NCBI GenBank assembly: GCA_934274515.1
Contig: CAKQTC010000012.1
Location: 3,723 to 67,722, forward strand
DNA length: 64,000 nucleotides
Source of the DNA: an uncultured Clostridia bacterium
Lineage (GTDB): Bacteria; Bacillota; Clostridia; Christensenellales; DTU072
Reading direction: 5' to 3'
The notes below the pieces were generated by a model, which was not told where the DNA came from, ran no database searches, and was given only the letters and a program-made list of their open reading frames with translations. Shown here in pieces: positions 26,741 to 36,700 of the stretch. How positions within the stretch are numbered: the stretch's first letter is position 1; every line of letters starts with the position of its first letter. Both the position numbers and the translations under genes were made by a program.

Positions 26741-27154
26741 TTAAATGTAGTCTTGTAGTGTTTCGAAGTTCAGCCCGACGTTTCTAAGTGTTTCTTCAAA
26801 GCCGAACCAAGCGAGTAAATTTTGGTTATATACGTCGTTTCCGAGCGGGTCTTCTTTATCCCATTTATCGCCAAATAGTTCTTTCATAGAATAAATTCCG
26901 GTCTGCTCCATAATTTCATATAATAGGGTGTCGACTTCTTGTTTGTGTTGTTTGTAAAATCTAACCGTATCGCAGCAATAAATAAGGAAGCCAACCGTTC
27001 CCGATTGGCATCCATAATGTAATACGTCTGTAAATATATGTTTTTTATCGTCATAATCATTCCATTTATCTAAAACATAGTTACAGACTCTTTTAGTGAT
27101 TTTACTTTCCGTTTCTTGTTTGATTTTAGTAATGTTTGATTTCGTGAGCTTCAT
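26741..27154 (-). CDS. hypothetical protein (137 aa); paralogue at 63525-63935
   Basis: Shared block DDKKHIFTD.LHYGCQSGTVGFLI....TV.FYK.HK.E.D.LLYE.ME.TG...ELFGDK.DKEDPL.ND.YNQNLLAWFGFEET.RN.G. Confidence 0.5.
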   Translation of the reverse strand: MKLTKSNITKIKQETESKITKRVCNYVLDKWNDYDDKKHIFTDVLHYGCQSGTVGFLIYCCDTVRFYKQHKQEVDTLLYEIMEQTGIYSMKELFGDKWDKEDPLGNDVYNQNLLAWFGFEETLRNVGLNFETLQDYI

Positions 27155-27546
27155 TCGTCCACCCCCGAAAATTGAGGATTGTTTTCACATTCGACTATAT
27201 CGCATTCGCCGCAATCACCCATACAAACATTGGCTCTGTCGCATTGGGTAAAGAATTTGCAATTTTGACAATATAGCTTGCTGTCTTTCCGACAAACGTG
27301 TTTTTCTTCTTCTACTTCTTCTTCCTTAAAATCGTTTACGGATATTTTCTTATACTCGCATCCATATTCGAAGTAGTACCCGTTTGTATCTGTCATTAGG
27401 TCATATTCTTTAACGGAAACCTTTCCTTGATATGACTCGACAACGGTTATTGTTTTTCTATCGCTGTTGAGGTCAACGATATTGAAAGTGACGAAATCTT
27501 CACCATTAAAATATTGAAATTCTTTTAAGTAGTATTTGTGTCTCAT
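27151..27546 (-). CDS. hypothetical protein with Cys-rich C-terminal tail (131 aa); partial paralogue at the window end
   Basis: C-terminus CRKDSKLYCQNCKFFTQCDRANVCMGDCGECDIVEC; the mid region GYYFEYGCEYKKISVNDF matches the partial ORF at 63937-64000. Confidence 0.45.
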   Translation of the reverse strand: MRHKYYLKEFQYFNGEDFVTFNIVDLNSDRKTITVVESYQGKVSVKEYDLMTDTNGYYFEYGCEYKKISVNDFKEEEVEEEKHVCRKDSKLYCQNCKFFTQCDRANVCMGDCGECDIVECENNPQFSGVDE

Positions 27547-27565
27547 AGTTTTTATCTCCTTTGCT

Positions 27566-27835
27566 TTATTCTGCGAATTTGTACCAGATGTAGTAATTGA
27601 TTTCTACGTCGTGCCCTTCGTATTCGGTAAGTTCGAAGTAAGCACCTTTGAATTCATTTTCCGTTCCGATTATCGGGTGACAATCTTTAACGCAGTCGTA
27701 AATTCTTATATACGGCTTGTTGTTTTTGCTAATTCCTGCTGTGATTAGCTCTTCATCGGTGATGTATCCGACACCGGTATATTTGGTGTTTTCTTTCTTA
27801 CCGATCCTTGTGATAGAGTAGATTACCTTCTTCAT
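27566..27835 (-). CDS. hypothetical protein (about 89 aa), first gene of the minus-strand array
   Basis: Start moved to the ATG at 27835 with RBS tggaggtatttaagaaaaATG; the track start at 27895 lies inside the hairpin arm. Confidence 0.45.
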   Translation of the reverse strand: MKKVIYSITRIGKKENTKYTGVGYITDEELITAGISKNNKPYIRIYDCVKDCHPIIGTENEFKGAYFELTEYEGHDVEINYYIWYKFAE

Positions 27836-27846
27836 TTTTCTTAAAT

Positions 27847-28141
27847 ACCTCCAAAGTGAATTTTTTGCCTTTCGGCAGGAAGGGCTAAGGACCACTGCTC
27901 AAAAGCCTGAATTTTTCTTTATATAGGTCAACGGCACAGGGGCAAAGGAAAAAGCGAGAAAATTTTGCGTTCAAACATTGGCTTTTATATGAATGCAGTC
28001 AACATTTAGGGGATATAGGCTTAACACATTATGAAAACAGTCATACCACTTCGAAAGTAAAGCAAAAATTTATCGCCCTTTGAGCCTGCTTTTAGCTGTG
28101 GTACAACGACATTCCGAAAGGCAAAAAAGACTCTTGGAGGT
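27847..28141. repeat. long imperfect inverted repeat (about 300-bp hairpin) upstream of the small-gene array
   Basis: acctccaa (27847-27854) pairs with ttggaggt (28134-28141). ttttttgcctttcgg (27861-27875) pairs with ccgaaaggcaaaaaa (28114-28128). Further interrupted pairing (accac, gct, aaaagc) extends inward. Confidence 0.6.
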
Positions 28142-28260
28142 CCCCTTGAAAGGGAATGAAGAAGGGAATCCTATCACAAGGGGAAGGGGAGAAAGAATAA
28201 AGGCCTGAGCAAAATTGCTCAAGCCTTAAAATTATGAAGCGTAGTTATATTTTTCTCTTG

Positions 28261-28316
28261 AAAAAAGTAAGACTATTCGAACATTATATTCTGTTACAAA
28301 TAGGTTCGAATAGTCT
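28261..28316 (-). terminator. rho-independent terminator of tRNA-Arg
   Basis: 13-bp perfect stem agactattcgaac (28270-28282) / gttcgaatagtct (28304-28316), followed on the minus strand by tactttttt. Confidence 0.55.
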
Positions 28317-28321
28317 AACTG

Positions 28322-28398
28322 TGGCGCGCCACGAGGAGTTCGAATCCCCAACCTTTGGTTCCGTAGACCAACGCTCTATCCAATTGAGCTAGTAGCGC
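28322..28398 (-). tRNA. tRNA-Arg (anticodon ACG), CCA encoded
   Basis: Hand-folded cloverleaf: acceptor GCGCTAC/GTGGCGC, D stem GCTC/GAGC, anticodon stem TTGGT/ACCAA with loop CTACGGA, T arm GGGGA-TTCGAAC-TCCTC, then GCCA. Confidence 0.9.
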
Positions 28399-28429
28399 AT
28401 AACGCTCTCGATTTCCCGATTGCGTTACT

Positions 28430-28458
28430 ATTGTAGTTCTTTTTATAGAAAAAGTCAA
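28430..28458 (-). promoter_or_regulatory. sigma-70-type promoter for tRNA-Arg
   Basis: The minus strand reads TTGACT (28458-28453), 17 nt, TACAAT (28435-28430), about 30 nt upstream of the tRNA 5' end. Confidence 0.5.
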
Positions 28459-28599
28459 GGTTTTCACGCACATTTTTTACACGACGCCGTCGGTTTGTTT
28501 TTAACGACTAAAGCGCGTTGAATTTTTTTGCGAAAACGGAGCGCGCGCAAGCCGATATAGCGTCTTTAAGTTCTCGCGAGAACTTTCAAAAACCGATTT

Positions 28600-29898
28600 T
28601 TATTTTTTGAAACATAATTCTTTCAACGCCTCGTAATACACGTCCGTCGCTTTGTCGAATTCGGCTATATCGACGTACTCGTCCGCGCAGTGCATGCCGC
28701 AATTCCCGTTCGGGAAACAAGGACCGAACGCGACGCCTACGGGCAGGACTCTTGCGTAAGTTCCGCCGCCTATTGCCACGGGGCGGGCGTTTTCTCCCGT
28801 AACTTTGTTGTACGCGTGTAACAAAGTTTTTACCAAAACGTGGTTTTTATCGACGAAAAGAGGCAAGTGGAAAAACGTTTCCGTTATTTTTCCACTTAAA
28901 GCGGCTTGTAATTTTTCGGTAACGTACTCTTTTTTATACGTCACGGGGTGTCTTATGTCGAGTTCAAACGTGATTTTTCCGTTTTCCGTTTTTGCCGTGC
29001 CTAAATTGAGCGTAAGCGCGCCGCTTTGTTCGTCGCTTATTCTGAGTCCCGATACGTTGCTGCCGTCGTAAGACGAGAACGCATTGCTCACTTCCTTGCA
29101 AACGCTTGATACGGGCGCAAGAATTTTAAGCAGTTTTATAAGCGCGTTTTCGCCGCCTTCGGGGTGCGAACCGTGGCTCGCGACGCCTTTCGTTTTTATT
29201 ACGGCGTAATCTCCGTCGAGTTCTATCGAGCAGTCTTTATCGAACGACGCTTTTTTAATCTCGTCGCAAAGTTTAACTTTTGCTTCTGCCTCGTCCGGGA
29301 CCATATTTGCTCGTTCGCCTGCTTTAATATAGACTATATTGTCGGGTTTGGGATACTCGATATTGTGGTATACGATACCCTTTTCGCAGTTAATGACGGG
29401 GAAGTCGCCGTCGGGAGAGATGCCGAGCGCGGGCATTTCTTCGTTTTTTTGGTATGCGTCCATACATTGCCAACCGCTTTCTTCGTCGCAGCCGAGAATA
29501 AATCTTATGCGTTTAGTAGGAGTAAAGCCTTCGTCGATGAGTTTTGTCACGGCGATTAAGCACGCGATGAAAGGGGATTTGTCGTCGAGCGCGCCGCGCG
29601 CGTAGATTTTTCCGTCAACTTCTTCCGCGCCGAAAGGGTTTTTCGTCCAACCTTTGCCGACGGGGACGACGTCGAGATGTGTTAAAATACCGAAGAGTTC
29701 GCCTTCGCCGATTTCGCCGTAGCCGTAGTAATAATCGCCGTTTTTCGTGCGGAAACCGTGTTTTCTGAGAATATCGAGCGCGACGTCAAGACATTTTGCG
29801 ACGCCTTCGCCGAAGGGTTTTCCGTTTTTTGACGGTGTTTCCACACTGTCGATTTTAAGCAATTCTTTCAAATATTCGAGTCCTTGTTCTTTGTTCAT
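28600..29898 (-). CDS. M20-family dipeptidase (PepV/Sapep-like)
   Basis: 432 aa with M20 metal-binding motifs THLDVVP, ARGALDDKSP, GCDEESG. Confidence 0.8.
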   Translation of the reverse strand: MNKEQGLEYLKELLKIDSVETPSKNGKPFGEGVAKCLDVALDILRKHGFRTKNGDYYYGYGEIGEGELFGILTHLDVVPVGKGWTKNPFGAEEVDGKIYARGALDDKSPFIACLIAVTKLIDEGFTPTKRIRFILGCDEESGWQCMDAYQKNEEMPALGISPDGDFPVINCEKGIVYHNIEYPKPDNIVYIKAGERANMVPDEAEAKVKLCDEIKKASFDKDCSIELDGDYAVIKTKGVASHGSHPEGGENALIKLLKILAPVSSVCKEVSNAFSSYDGSNVSGLRISDEQSGALTLNLGTAKTENGKITFELDIRHPVTYKKEYVTEKLQAALSGKITETFFHLPLFVDKNHVLVKTLLHAYNKVTGENARPVAIGGGTYARVLPVGVAFGPCFPNGNCGMHCADEYVDIAEFDKATDVYYEALKELCFKK

Positions 29899-30006
29899 AT
29901 CGCACCGCCCTTTTATTTTTATGCGTAAATATTATACACTAAAACGTTAAAGTATGTTACAATATTAAAAAATAAAAACGAGAACTTTAATTAACGGAGT
30001 TATTTT

Positions 30007-31458
30007 ATGACGGTAAGAACAAGATTTGCACCCAGCCCTACGGGGTTTATGCATATAGGCAACTTGCGCACCGCGCTTTATGCTTATCTTTACGCAAAAC
30101 ACAACGGCGGACAGTTTATTCTTAGGATAGAAGACACCGACAGGGAGCGTTACGTTGACGGAGCGGTCGAAGCGATTTACAACATTTTGGCTAAGGCGGG
30201 GTTGAGCCATGACGAGGGTCCGGACAAAGACGGCGGGTACGGTCCGTACGTTCAAAGCGAGAGAAAAGACATTTACAAAAAGTACGCGGAACAACTCGTC
30301 GAAAAAGGCGGAGCGTATTATTGTTTTTGCGACAAAGAACGTCTTGATACTCTTGCCGACGAAAACGGTGTAAAAAAGTACGACAAGCACTGCCTGCGTT
30401 TGTCCAAAGAAGAAGTGCAAAAAAGGATTGCCGCAGGCGAACCGTACGTTATCAGACAAAACGTTCCGCTCGAAGGAATGACAGAGTACGAAGATATGGT
30501 ATGCGGAACCATTCGCGTTCCTTGCAAGGATATGGAAGACGGAATACTTCTAAAATCCGACGGAATGCCGACTTATAATTTTGCCAACGTCGTAGACGAC
30601 CATCTTATGAAGATAACGCACGTTATGCGTGGTATGGAGTATCTTTCGTCTACGCCTAAGTACAACCTTATGTACGATTGTTTCGGGTGGGAAAGACCGA
30701 AGTATATGCACTTGCCGCCGATAATGAAAGACGCTCAGCGTAAACTTAGCAAACGCTACGGCGACGCAAACTTCGAAGATTTTCTTGCGAAAGGGTTTCT
30801 TCCCGAAGCGATAGTAAACTACATTGCGTTGCTCGGTTGGTCGCCGAAAGACAACGAAGAAAAAATGAGTTTGGACAGGCTTGTAGAAATATTCGACGTA
30901 GAAGGCATAAATCGCGCGCCTGCGATTTTCGACGAAACGAAAATGAGGTGGCTTAACGGCAGATACGTAAGAGAACTTACGCCCGAACAATTTCTCGAAT
31001 ACGCGACGCCGTATTTTGACAAAAGCGTCATAAACGGGAAGTACGACTATGCTAAGTTTGCCAAACTGTTGCACGACAGGATAGAGATTTTTTCCGAGAT
31101 ACCCGATATGGTGGCGTTCATCGACGACTTCGGCGAAATCGACAAAACCTTGTACGAACATAAAAAAATGAAAACGGACGCAACGGTTGCGCTTGCGTGT
31201 ATGACCGAGGCGATAGACGACCTTAACGCATTGGAAAACTTTGACGAAACGAGCATACACGACGCGTTGATTGCGGGCAGCGAAAAACTCGGAGTCAAAA
31301 AAGGGCAAATGCTGTTTACGGTCAGAGTAGGACTTACGGGTTGCGCGTCCACGCCCGGCGGAGCAGTCGAAATGGCGGATATTTTAGGGAAAGAAGAATC
31401 CGTAAGACGACTGAAAAAAGCGGTTGAAATGCTACAAACGAAGGCGGACAACAACTAA
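30007..31458 (+). CDS. gltX: glutamate--tRNA ligase
   Basis: RFAPSPTGFMHIGNLRTALY (HIGH-type) and KLSKR (KMSKS-type) motifs; 483 aa. Confidence 0.95.
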   Translation: MTVRTRFAPSPTGFMHIGNLRTALYAYLYAKHNGGQFILRIEDTDRERYVDGAVEAIYNILAKAGLSHDEGPDKDGGYGPYVQSERKDIYKKYAEQLVEKGGAYYCFCDKERLDTLADENGVKKYDKHCLRLSKEEVQKRIAAGEPYVIRQNVPLEGMTEYEDMVCGTIRVPCKDMEDGILLKSDGMPTYNFANVVDDHLMKITHVMRGMEYLSSTPKYNLMYDCFGWERPKYMHLPPIMKDAQRKLSKRYGDANFEDFLAKGFLPEAIVNYIALLGWSPKDNEEKMSLDRLVEIFDVEGINRAPAIFDETKMRWLNGRYVRELTPEQFLEYATPYFDKSVINGKYDYAKFAKLLHDRIEIFSEIPDMVAFIDDFGEIDKTLYEHKKMKTDATVALACMTEAIDDLNALENFDETSIHDALIAGSEKLGVKKGQMLFTVRVGLTGCASTPGGAVEMADILGKEESVRRLKKAVEMLQTKADNN

Positions 31459-31499
31459 AAACGAGAGAACATCCAAAAAGGAAAGGCTATTATCGAATT

Positions 31500-32261
31500 A
31501 TGAAAAAAGAGAAAAAAAAATATTACAGCCCGGTAAAAGAATACGACACGTTCAAACGGCCGCACGTCTTTTTTAAGATTGTAAAAGGACTTGTGAAATT
31601 GTTTTTCCCGAAAAACGAATTCGTATGGAAAACGGATAAACCCGAACAAGGCGACGCCGTAATTTATATTTGTAATCATACTAAAATCTACGCGCCGTCA
31701 TACTTTATCGCATGCCATAAAAAACCGGTAAGAGTATGGGCAAATTGCTATTTTATGTATTTTAACCTGTGTTGGCATCACATAAAAACGAAGGTTATCA
31801 ATAATAGAAAACCGAAATTTTTACTTTATCCGCTCGCTTGGTTGCTTATGCCGACAATCGTTCTTACTTTTAGAGCGTTTAACCCGATACCTGTGTTTCA
31901 TACGCCCAAAGAAGTATTTTCGATGACCTTTAAGAAGAGTATGGAAACCCTAAACGAGGGTATACCGCAAGTTATCTTCCCCGAAAGAACGGAAAACAAA
32001 GTCAATAAATATATATGGCAATTAAACACGGGGTTTGCGAGAGTGGCGGAAACGTATTATAGGGAAACGGGTCGAAAGGTAAAATTTTATCCCGTGTACT
32101 GCGCGGAAAAATTGCGCACTTTCGTTGTCGGAGATCCGATAGAATACGACCCGAGCGTGCCTATGGCAAAACAAAAAATAACTATTTGTAACTATCTCGA
32201 AAATAAAATCGAAGAACTCGGCGACTCGTTGCCCGAACACGAACCCGTAATTTACGGCTAA
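31500..32261 (+). CDS. acyltransferase-like protein (PlsC-family-like motifs, degenerate)
   Basis: ICNHTKIYAP (NHxxxxD-like, imperfect) and VIFPERTEN (FPEGT-like) motifs. Confidence 0.4.
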   Translation: MKKEKKKYYSPVKEYDTFKRPHVFFKIVKGLVKLFFPKNEFVWKTDKPEQGDAVIYICNHTKIYAPSYFIACHKKPVRVWANCYFMYFNLCWHHIKTKVINNRKPKFLLYPLAWLLMPTIVLTFRAFNPIPVFHTPKEVFSMTFKKSMETLNEGIPQVIFPERTENKVNKYIWQLNTGFARVAETYYRETGRKVKFYPVYCAEKLRTFVVGDPIEYDPSVPMAKQKITICNYLENKIEELGDSLPEHEPVIYG

Positions 32262-32473
32262 TAAGTTCCGCGTACCGTTTAAGAGAAAAACCTACGCTCG
32301 ACATGACAGCAACGTGACGTTGCATCCTGTAATCGGGCAAAGGTAAATCGCGGAAAAATGCTTTCTCTGTCGGCACGGCGGCAACGTTTTGCGTTGTATT
32401 GCGGCTATCGCCGAAATGTTTCGACTGCGTTCAACATATATAAACGGCAGGGTAAAAAGTTTCTTGCAGAATG

Positions 32474-33523
32474 TTATTTCGTGAACGTAAACAGATAGTC
32501 GCCGTCGCTGTCGATTGTTAGTGTTATCGTGCCGTCGGTGTCGGTACGGTAGATGGTGGCGTCGACATCGGCTAGCCGAGTTAGTGCTTGTTCGGTCGGG
32601 TGTCCGTATTTGTTATCGCTCGCGTCTACCGAGATTATCGCGTATTCCGTTTTGACGTATGCAAGAAACGCCGCTGTGGACGAGTCTTTACTGCCGTGAT
32701 GCGCGACTTTGAGAAAATCAATATCCATTCCTCCGGCGAAGTTTTCCGTGTAGGCTATAAACCAGTTTTCTTCTTCTTCGGGTGCGTCGCCCGTCAATAA
32801 AAGTTTTCTTCCGCCGTACTTAATCAATATCATTATCGACATACCGTTCTTGACTTTTGCGGCGGTTTTCGTAAATCCGTCGTTCCCCGGAGAAAAGAAC
32901 GTAAGCACGCATGCTCCGACTATCTCTTCAAAAGTCGAGTTATCTTCGTCGGCGATTATATGTCGCGTCGCGCCTTCTTCAGCAAGCGCTTTGTCCATAA
33001 ACGTTCGATATGTTTGAGAGCCGTTTTCGTAATAATCGTTATAATATAAATTCTTTACTTCATAGTCGTCAAGAACTTGGCTCATCATATTGACGTGGTC
33101 GCTATCGGGGTGCGTCACAACCAAATAATCTATCCGATTGCCTTCCACGACTTCGTTCAGATAGTTATAATACCTGTCCTTGTTTTCTTTTTTTGCTTTC
33201 AATCCGCTGCCTGCGTCAACCAGCATATATTTGTTTTCCGGTAGTTCGATGACTATGCCGTCGCCTTGACCTACGAATACGAAATGTACCTTAATCGGAG
33301 TTCCGTCTATCGTACCGTACGACGCTCCGCGCTCGGTCTTGTTTTCGCCGCCGTTCCCCGGATTCGACCCTTCACCCGACGAAATGCCGAGTTTGTCGAG
33401 AATGGGGTCTAGTTTGCCTGTTTTATACAAAACAAGACATACGGCTACCAAAACAAGGATTAAGAGAACCGCAATTAGTATGTTAATGTTTTTCTGTTTG
33501 TTCGATACGCGTTTTTTTGCCAC
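32474..33523 (-). CDS. membrane-anchored ComEC/Rec2-related metallo-beta-lactamase-fold protein
   Basis: N-terminal TM helix; VVTHPDSDHVNM and LKVAHHGSKDSS motifs. Confidence 0.6.
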   Translation of the reverse strand: MAKKRVSNKQKNINILIAVLLILVLVAVCLVLYKTGKLDPILDKLGISSGEGSNPGNGGENKTERGASYGTIDGTPIKVHFVFVGQGDGIVIELPENKYMLVDAGSGLKAKKENKDRYYNYLNEVVEGNRIDYLVVTHPDSDHVNMMSQVLDDYEVKNLYYNDYYENGSQTYRTFMDKALAEEGATRHIIADEDNSTFEEIVGACVLTFFSPGNDGFTKTAAKVKNGMSIMILIKYGGRKLLLTGDAPEEEENWFIAYTENFAGGMDIDFLKVAHHGSKDSSTAAFLAYVKTEYAIISVDASDNKYGHPTEQALTRLADVDATIYRTDTDGTITLTIDSDGDYLFTFTK

Positions 33524-33674
33524 GATTTATCTCCGTATTTGAAATTTATTTTGTTTTCTCAATTATACATTCTCTTCCTCATTATGGCAAGGTTTTTTCT
33601 TGCGGCAACGAGAGCGACGGTCGATAAAGCGACAAGTAAAAAAGCATTATATTATCTTAACGCAAAAACTTATC

Positions 33675-33704
33675 TTGACAAAACGCGCGCGAGTATAGTA
33701 TACT
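33675..33704 (+). promoter_or_regulatory. possible promoter of the LRR giant gene
   Basis: TTGACA (33675-33680), 18 nt, TATACT (33699-33704). Confidence 0.35.
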
Positions 33705-33786
33705 TCTTATAATTATAAGTGCGCGGTTGTACGCGCGTATGCATACGTCGTACGCACGAATACGCACGAAATTTGGAGATAAAACG

Positions 33787-36700
33787 ATGACGGCGAAAAA
33801 ACGAACCGGTTGGAAAAAATTTGCGATTTTATTGATACTCGTTCTCGGAGCGGTTTTGCTTACCGCGTGTTTCGGGACGCAGGTCACGATAGCGTTTAAT
33901 TCCGACGGCGGTTCGGCGTGCGAAACGATAATCGTTACGAGCGAAATGACGGAAATAACCCTCCCCGTTCCCGCAAAAGACGGTTGCATTTTCGACGGTT
34001 GGTATGCGAACCGTTCTTTTACCACGCCCGTTCCCGCGGTGTTGTCGAGCGACGATATTCCTACTATGAGCGTGACGTACTACGCTAAGTGGTCGCGTAA
34101 ACAAATTACGATTAAATTTGCCGTCGAGGGCGAAGTCATCGGCACGAAAATTTTTGACTATGACGAAACGGTAACCGAGGCGGACTGTCCGTCACTCGAC
34201 GCGTACCCCGACTACGCGTGGGAAAAGTTTTCGTTTAAGGCGAACTACGATAGGCAGGTTGACGCGAAAAAAGTTCACAACGTAGACCCCGAGTACACCG
34301 TTGCCGTCTATTTCCCGACCGACGACGGGTACGTTTTGGCAAGCGCGGTCAAGGGTGTAAAAGGCACGGTCGTACCCGATCCGGGCAAACCGACTTATGT
34401 CGGACACGAAAACACCGCGTATTTTTCGCATTGGGCGTTGGACGAAGCCGGAAATCGGCGCATAGCGGAACTGCCTACGGAAATCGGCGACGCGGACGTT
34501 AAAATTTACGCGATTTTCAAGGATATAACCGACGGTTCCAAATTCCTGTTCTACGAAGAAACCGCGGACGGCAAAAGCGTGTCCGTCACGGGACTTACGC
34601 AAATAGGCAAATATCAAGATACCGTAAGCATACCCAAGTTAATTAACGGCAAACCCGTAGTAAGCGTGGGCGACGACGGAGAAAAAGGCTCCGTCGGCTC
34701 TAAATTTTTGCAGACGGTCGTAATTCCCGAAACGGTCAAAGAGATAAAAGGCTACGCGTTTTTCGGCAGCGAGTCGCTTAAAGAAGTCATTTTCGTGGGC
34801 AACGCGTTGACGTCGATAGGCGAGGGTGCGTTTGCAAACTGTTCTTCCATCGTCAAACTCGATTTACCGAACAACGTGACTAGCATAGGCGATTATGCGT
34901 TCGCCGCGCTTACCGAAAGCGGAATAACCAAACTTAAAAACGGCGAAACTCCCGACGAAAGCGAAACTGTTTCGTCGCTATTTTCGACTCTTGCCGTCGA
35001 TAAAGCGAGCAAACTGTCGCATATAGGCGACTACGCGTTTTACGGTTGCTCGAAAACGGAAACGGCACGTTTCGGCACGACCATGCGAGATTTTAACTTC
35101 CTTGCGTTTTACGGCAGCGGCATACGGGAAATCGATTTTTACGACGGCGGACTGCTTAAAGGCATAGACGGAGCGGTTTATTCCGATTCGGGCGAAAAAC
35201 TTTGTTATTTCCCGATAAAAGGCGACGAAAGTTACGAAATGCCGCAGACGGTCACGGAAATCGCGCCTTACGCGTTCTACCGCAACGAAGGCATAAAAAA
35301 GATAACGGTTTCTTCCGTGCTTGCCAAGGTCGGCGACTATGCGTTTTACGGTTGCGCTTCTCTTACGGAGGCGAACTTTGCGTCGTCGTCGCTCGTTTCC
35401 GTCGGCGATTATGCGTTTTACGACTGCGCCGCGCTTACGCGAGCGGATTTTCCTACTACGCTTACGGCGACGGGCGCGTCCGCGTTTGAAAACTGCGGTT
35501 CTCTTAAAAACGTTAATTTTAACGGCGACAAACTCAAAGAAATAAAAACGAAAACGTTTTACCGTTGCGGCGAGTTGGAAAGCGCGTTCGTTCCCGCAGA
35601 CGTAAAAGAAATAGGCGATTACGCATACGCATACTGCGGCTCGCTTAATCGGCTTACCTTCGGGAGGGGCAGCAAACTCGAAGTTATCGGCGATTACGCG
35701 TTTTACGGCAGTCCGAAAATAACGACGACGCTTATCCCCGGCGGAACGCAAAGAATAGGCGCGTACGCGTTCGCGTCGGAAAACGGCAAATCGCAGTTCG
35801 AACTCGATACGGAAACGAACCTGACGAACCTTAACGAAATCGGCGATTACGCGTTTATGAACACGAGCATATCGTCCTTTACCATAGCGGAAAACGTCAA
35901 AAACGTAATTCCCTCCGCCGGACAAACTAGCGTGAACAAACTCGGAAAATACGTTTTCAAAAACTGCACGAACTTAAAACAAGCGTATTTTACGCCGACA
36001 AGCGAATACGTGTCGATAAGCGAAGGGCTTTTTTACGGCTGCGCTTCCCTCGGCAGAATAAGATTTACCAACAAAATAAAAGAAATAAGCGACTACGCTT
36101 TTTATAACTGTTCTTCCCTAAAATCCGTAAGCGACTGGCAAAACGTCGAGAAGATAGGCTCGGAAGCGTTTTACGGCTGCGTATCTCTCGAAAACAACGG
36201 CGGAGAAGAAAGGGTTTTGCCGAGAGAACTCGTTTCTTTAGGCGAACGCGCGTTTTATAACTGTAAGTCGCTTGAAATAGTCAACGTTTCCAAAGGGCTT
36301 GTAACCATACCCGAAGAAGCGTTTTCTCATTGCGAAAAACTCGAAACTATAAGTTACGACGCAGACGGCGCGCTTACCACGATAGGGGAAAACGCGTTTT
36401 CTTACTGCACGTCGCTCAAGACTGCGACATTGCCCGTTAAACTCGCGGAGAGGGAATACGCCGAGTACGACGAAGACGGGAAAGTGACCAACGTGGTAAA
36501 CGATACCACGGGATTGATAAAGAACCCGTTTTACGGCTGTTCTTCCCTTACGGCTTACGTTTTCGCCGGGGATACCGACGGAACGCTTACGGCGGAAGAC
36601 GGCGTGGTTTATCGTAGTTTGTCCGACGACGACGCAAACGCGGGCGTGTTGAACGGCAAGAAAGCGAGGGCGATATACGCTTATCCGACGGCAAAAAGCA

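Noticed and set aside
28270-28316. 13-bp perfect inverted repeat next to the tRNA, considered as an att site or transposon end
   Set aside because: On the tRNA strand it is followed by a T-run, so it is most simply the tRNA's rho-independent terminator.
28571-28588. Perfect 18-bp palindrome aagttctcgcgagaactt, considered as a LexA (Cheo) box
   Set aside because: Its layout is GTTC-N6-GAAC, not GAAC-N4-GTTC. It sits just after the stop codon of the dipeptidase gene, so it is more likely a transcription-termination hairpin.
33727-33786. Upstream in-frame ATG (33727) as the start of the LRR giant; likewise the track starts at 24988, 27895, 63703, 63986, 45304 and 55438
   Set aside because: In each case an internal start has a proper RBS and gives a sensible N-terminus (lipobox signal, paralogue-matching N-terminus or RlmH N-terminus). 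The longer version overlaps upstream genes or structured DNA.
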